Below, one piece after another: positions 23,544 through 25,090 of a stretch of 25,090 nucleotides of DNA. The notes under the pieces are model-generated. The model ran no database searches. It was not told where the DNA came from and was given only the letters and a program-made list of their open reading frames with translations. Made by a program: the position numbers and the translations under genes. Position 1 is the stretch's first letter; each line of letters opens with the position of its first letter. The stretch comes from an uncultured Candidatus Saccharibacteria bacterium (GTDB lineage Bacteria > Patescibacteriota > Minisyncoccia > Minisyncoccales > Staskawiczbacteraceae). The stretch is taken from NCBI GenBank assembly GCA_964505465.1, contig CAZDIG010000003.1:1-25090 (forward strand), read 5' to 3'.

Positions 23544-25066
23544 TTTCTACTTTTTTCCGTCACCCAAAAGCCCATGTATTTTCCAAACATTAAACGAATT
23601 TGGGCATCTAATGCGGGCAAGGCCCCGAATAATATTAAGGTAACGGGTAGAAGCAGCCATTGAAAAAATACGGAGAATTTTTTAAACCGGCTTACTCCCG
23701 CCGGCCGCGGGGGTAAAATAAACATGCTCAAAATTGCTGAAATAAGCATACCTAACAGGGTAAATGTCATAATTCGGCTGGTCAAACGGGGCAGGTTATA
23801 AGAAAGAGTGCTGGAGCTAAATTTTTCTCCACCTAAAAACAACGGCAACCAACCTAAAATTAAGATTAAAAAAGCCGAGGTAGACCAAGACCAAAATCCG
23901 TCTATTAAGGTAGTTAAATGCATCAATTTATTCCAGAAAGGAATTTTTTTGTTTCTAAAAAATCCGTGTATTAAATAAGGAATCTCAACACAACCCCAAG
24001 CCCATCTTCTTTGTTGTTTATATTGATTAACGGCTGTTCGCAGAAGGTTTTTAGCTAAAACGACATCCATGGAAACGGGATAATATAATGGTTGTACTTT
24101 ATAATCTCCGTCGTAATAAAGATAAGCTTTCCAAAAAATCCGCGAATCATCGGAAACTATATTCTTGGGATAGCCTACTTCGGAAAACACTTTAAAAGGC
24201 ATAGCGTGGCTCGAATAAGTCACGATTTTTTCCGGCCTTTCTTGTTGCATCATTTGCCAGAAAGTATTAGAGGTCGCCACAACTCTTGTAAAAACCGGCG
24301 CCTCCCAGACATTGTTATTGTAAACAGGAATGGGTTGGTAGCTCTCCCTTAGGGGATTTTTAGATTTTAAATACTGCCAAGTTAGGCAAGCAAAATATTG
24401 AGGATAAACCCTGGTGTCTATATCAAAACTGGAGACAATAATATTTTTATAGGGAATGTTTAGTTTATCAATTATTTTTTCTTTTGCTTCTTTACCCGCC
24501 CAGGCCTCGTTTGATCCCTTTCCCGCCAATTCCCCCGGAATATTTTTAGGATGAATTGTTGCCAAAAAGTGCGGAAATTTTTGGGAATATTCTTTTTCAA
24601 GGATTTGGGCGGTTTTTAGACTATCTTCGCCACCCCTTTCTTCAACGCTTAAAACTACGATCAGATTTTCTTTAGGGTATTCGGAATTTAAGATGGCGTT
24701 TAAGCTTTCTTTTATTATTCCCGATTCTTCTCTAAAGGCCGGTAAAATTATCAGGTGATAAATTTCCTGCCACCTTTCTATTCTTTTAATTTTTTCTAAC
24801 CAGTTAATTTTGAGATTCCTTTTCATTCGGATATAACTCGCTACTTGGCAGATTGAAAGATAGGCTATTTTACATAGGTAATAGAGACAGAATAAAATTA
24901 TAAAGATTGCAACCCAGTCTGGCTTCAACCATGAAAAAACAAGGACTCCTAATAAAGTCCCTAAACTTATAGCGCCGGGGATAGTTTCAAGGATTCGGTA
25001 AATTTTTCTTTCTTTTAAATTAGAAATGTCGGGCGCTTTGGCAATCTCCAAATAGTCTTTTTTCAT
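23534..25066 (-). CDS. Membrane-integral processive glycosyltransferase family 2
   Basis: N-terminal TM pair, DID, SDD and QQRRW (D,D,D,QxxRW pattern), then C-terminal TM helices. Confidence 0.88.
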   Translation of the reverse strand: MKKDYLEIAKAPDISNLKERKIYRILETIPGAISLGTLLGVLVFSWLKPDWVAIFIILFCLYYLCKIAYLSICQVASYIRMKRNLKINWLEKIKRIERWQEIYHLIILPAFREESGIIKESLNAILNSEYPKENLIVVLSVEERGGEDSLKTAQILEKEYSQKFPHFLATIHPKNIPGELAGKGSNEAWAGKEAKEKIIDKLNIPYKNIIVSSFDIDTRVYPQYFACLTWQYLKSKNPLRESYQPIPVYNNNVWEAPVFTRVVATSNTFWQMMQQERPEKIVTYSSHAMPFKVFSEVGYPKNIVSDDSRIFWKAYLYYDGDYKVQPLYYPVSMDVVLAKNLLRTAVNQYKQQRRWAWGCVEIPYLIHGFFRNKKIPFWNKLMHLTTLIDGFWSWSTSAFLILILGWLPLFLGGEKFSSSTLSYNLPRLTSRIMTFTLLGMLISAILSMFILPPRPAGVSRFKKFSVFFQWLLLPVTLILFGALPALDAQIRLMFGKYMGFWVTEKSRKRY

Positions 25067-25090
25067 AATAAAAATCGCTAAGCGTGCGGT

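Overview
Bacterial chromosomal window read with the standard code (genes end normally at TGA). It is most likely from Patescibacteria/CPR, Parcubacteria-like; this is inferred from the pilin signature, the type IV pilus gene order without pilQ, the GYAWSEN-type repeats and the scarcity of Shine-Dalgarno sites. Bases 360-15940 (minus strand) hold a type IV pilus locus: pilM-pilN-pilO-(PilP-slot gene)-pilB-single-domain receiver-pilT-pilC-pilA-pilD-four minor pilins-1466-aa surface protein in the PilY1 position. comF is divergent from it. Between tRNA-Ser(GCT) and tRNA-Ser(TGA)/tRNA-Arg(GCG) lies a nucleotide-themed accessory block: radical SAM/SPASM enzyme, dTMP-kinase homologue broken by one in-frame TAA, ExoIII-like EEP enzyme and CYTH protein. 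The window ends with a nitroreductase, recG and a membrane GT2. The most notable items are that block, a PilC N-terminal-like domain inside the PilP-slot protein, a LamG domain nested within an Ig repeat, an Ig domain shared by the PilX-like pilin and the adhesin, a palindromic element starting at the stop codons of both pilT and recG, and an in-frame palindromic insertion in the nitroreductase. All calls are from reading motifs by eye; no database searches were run.
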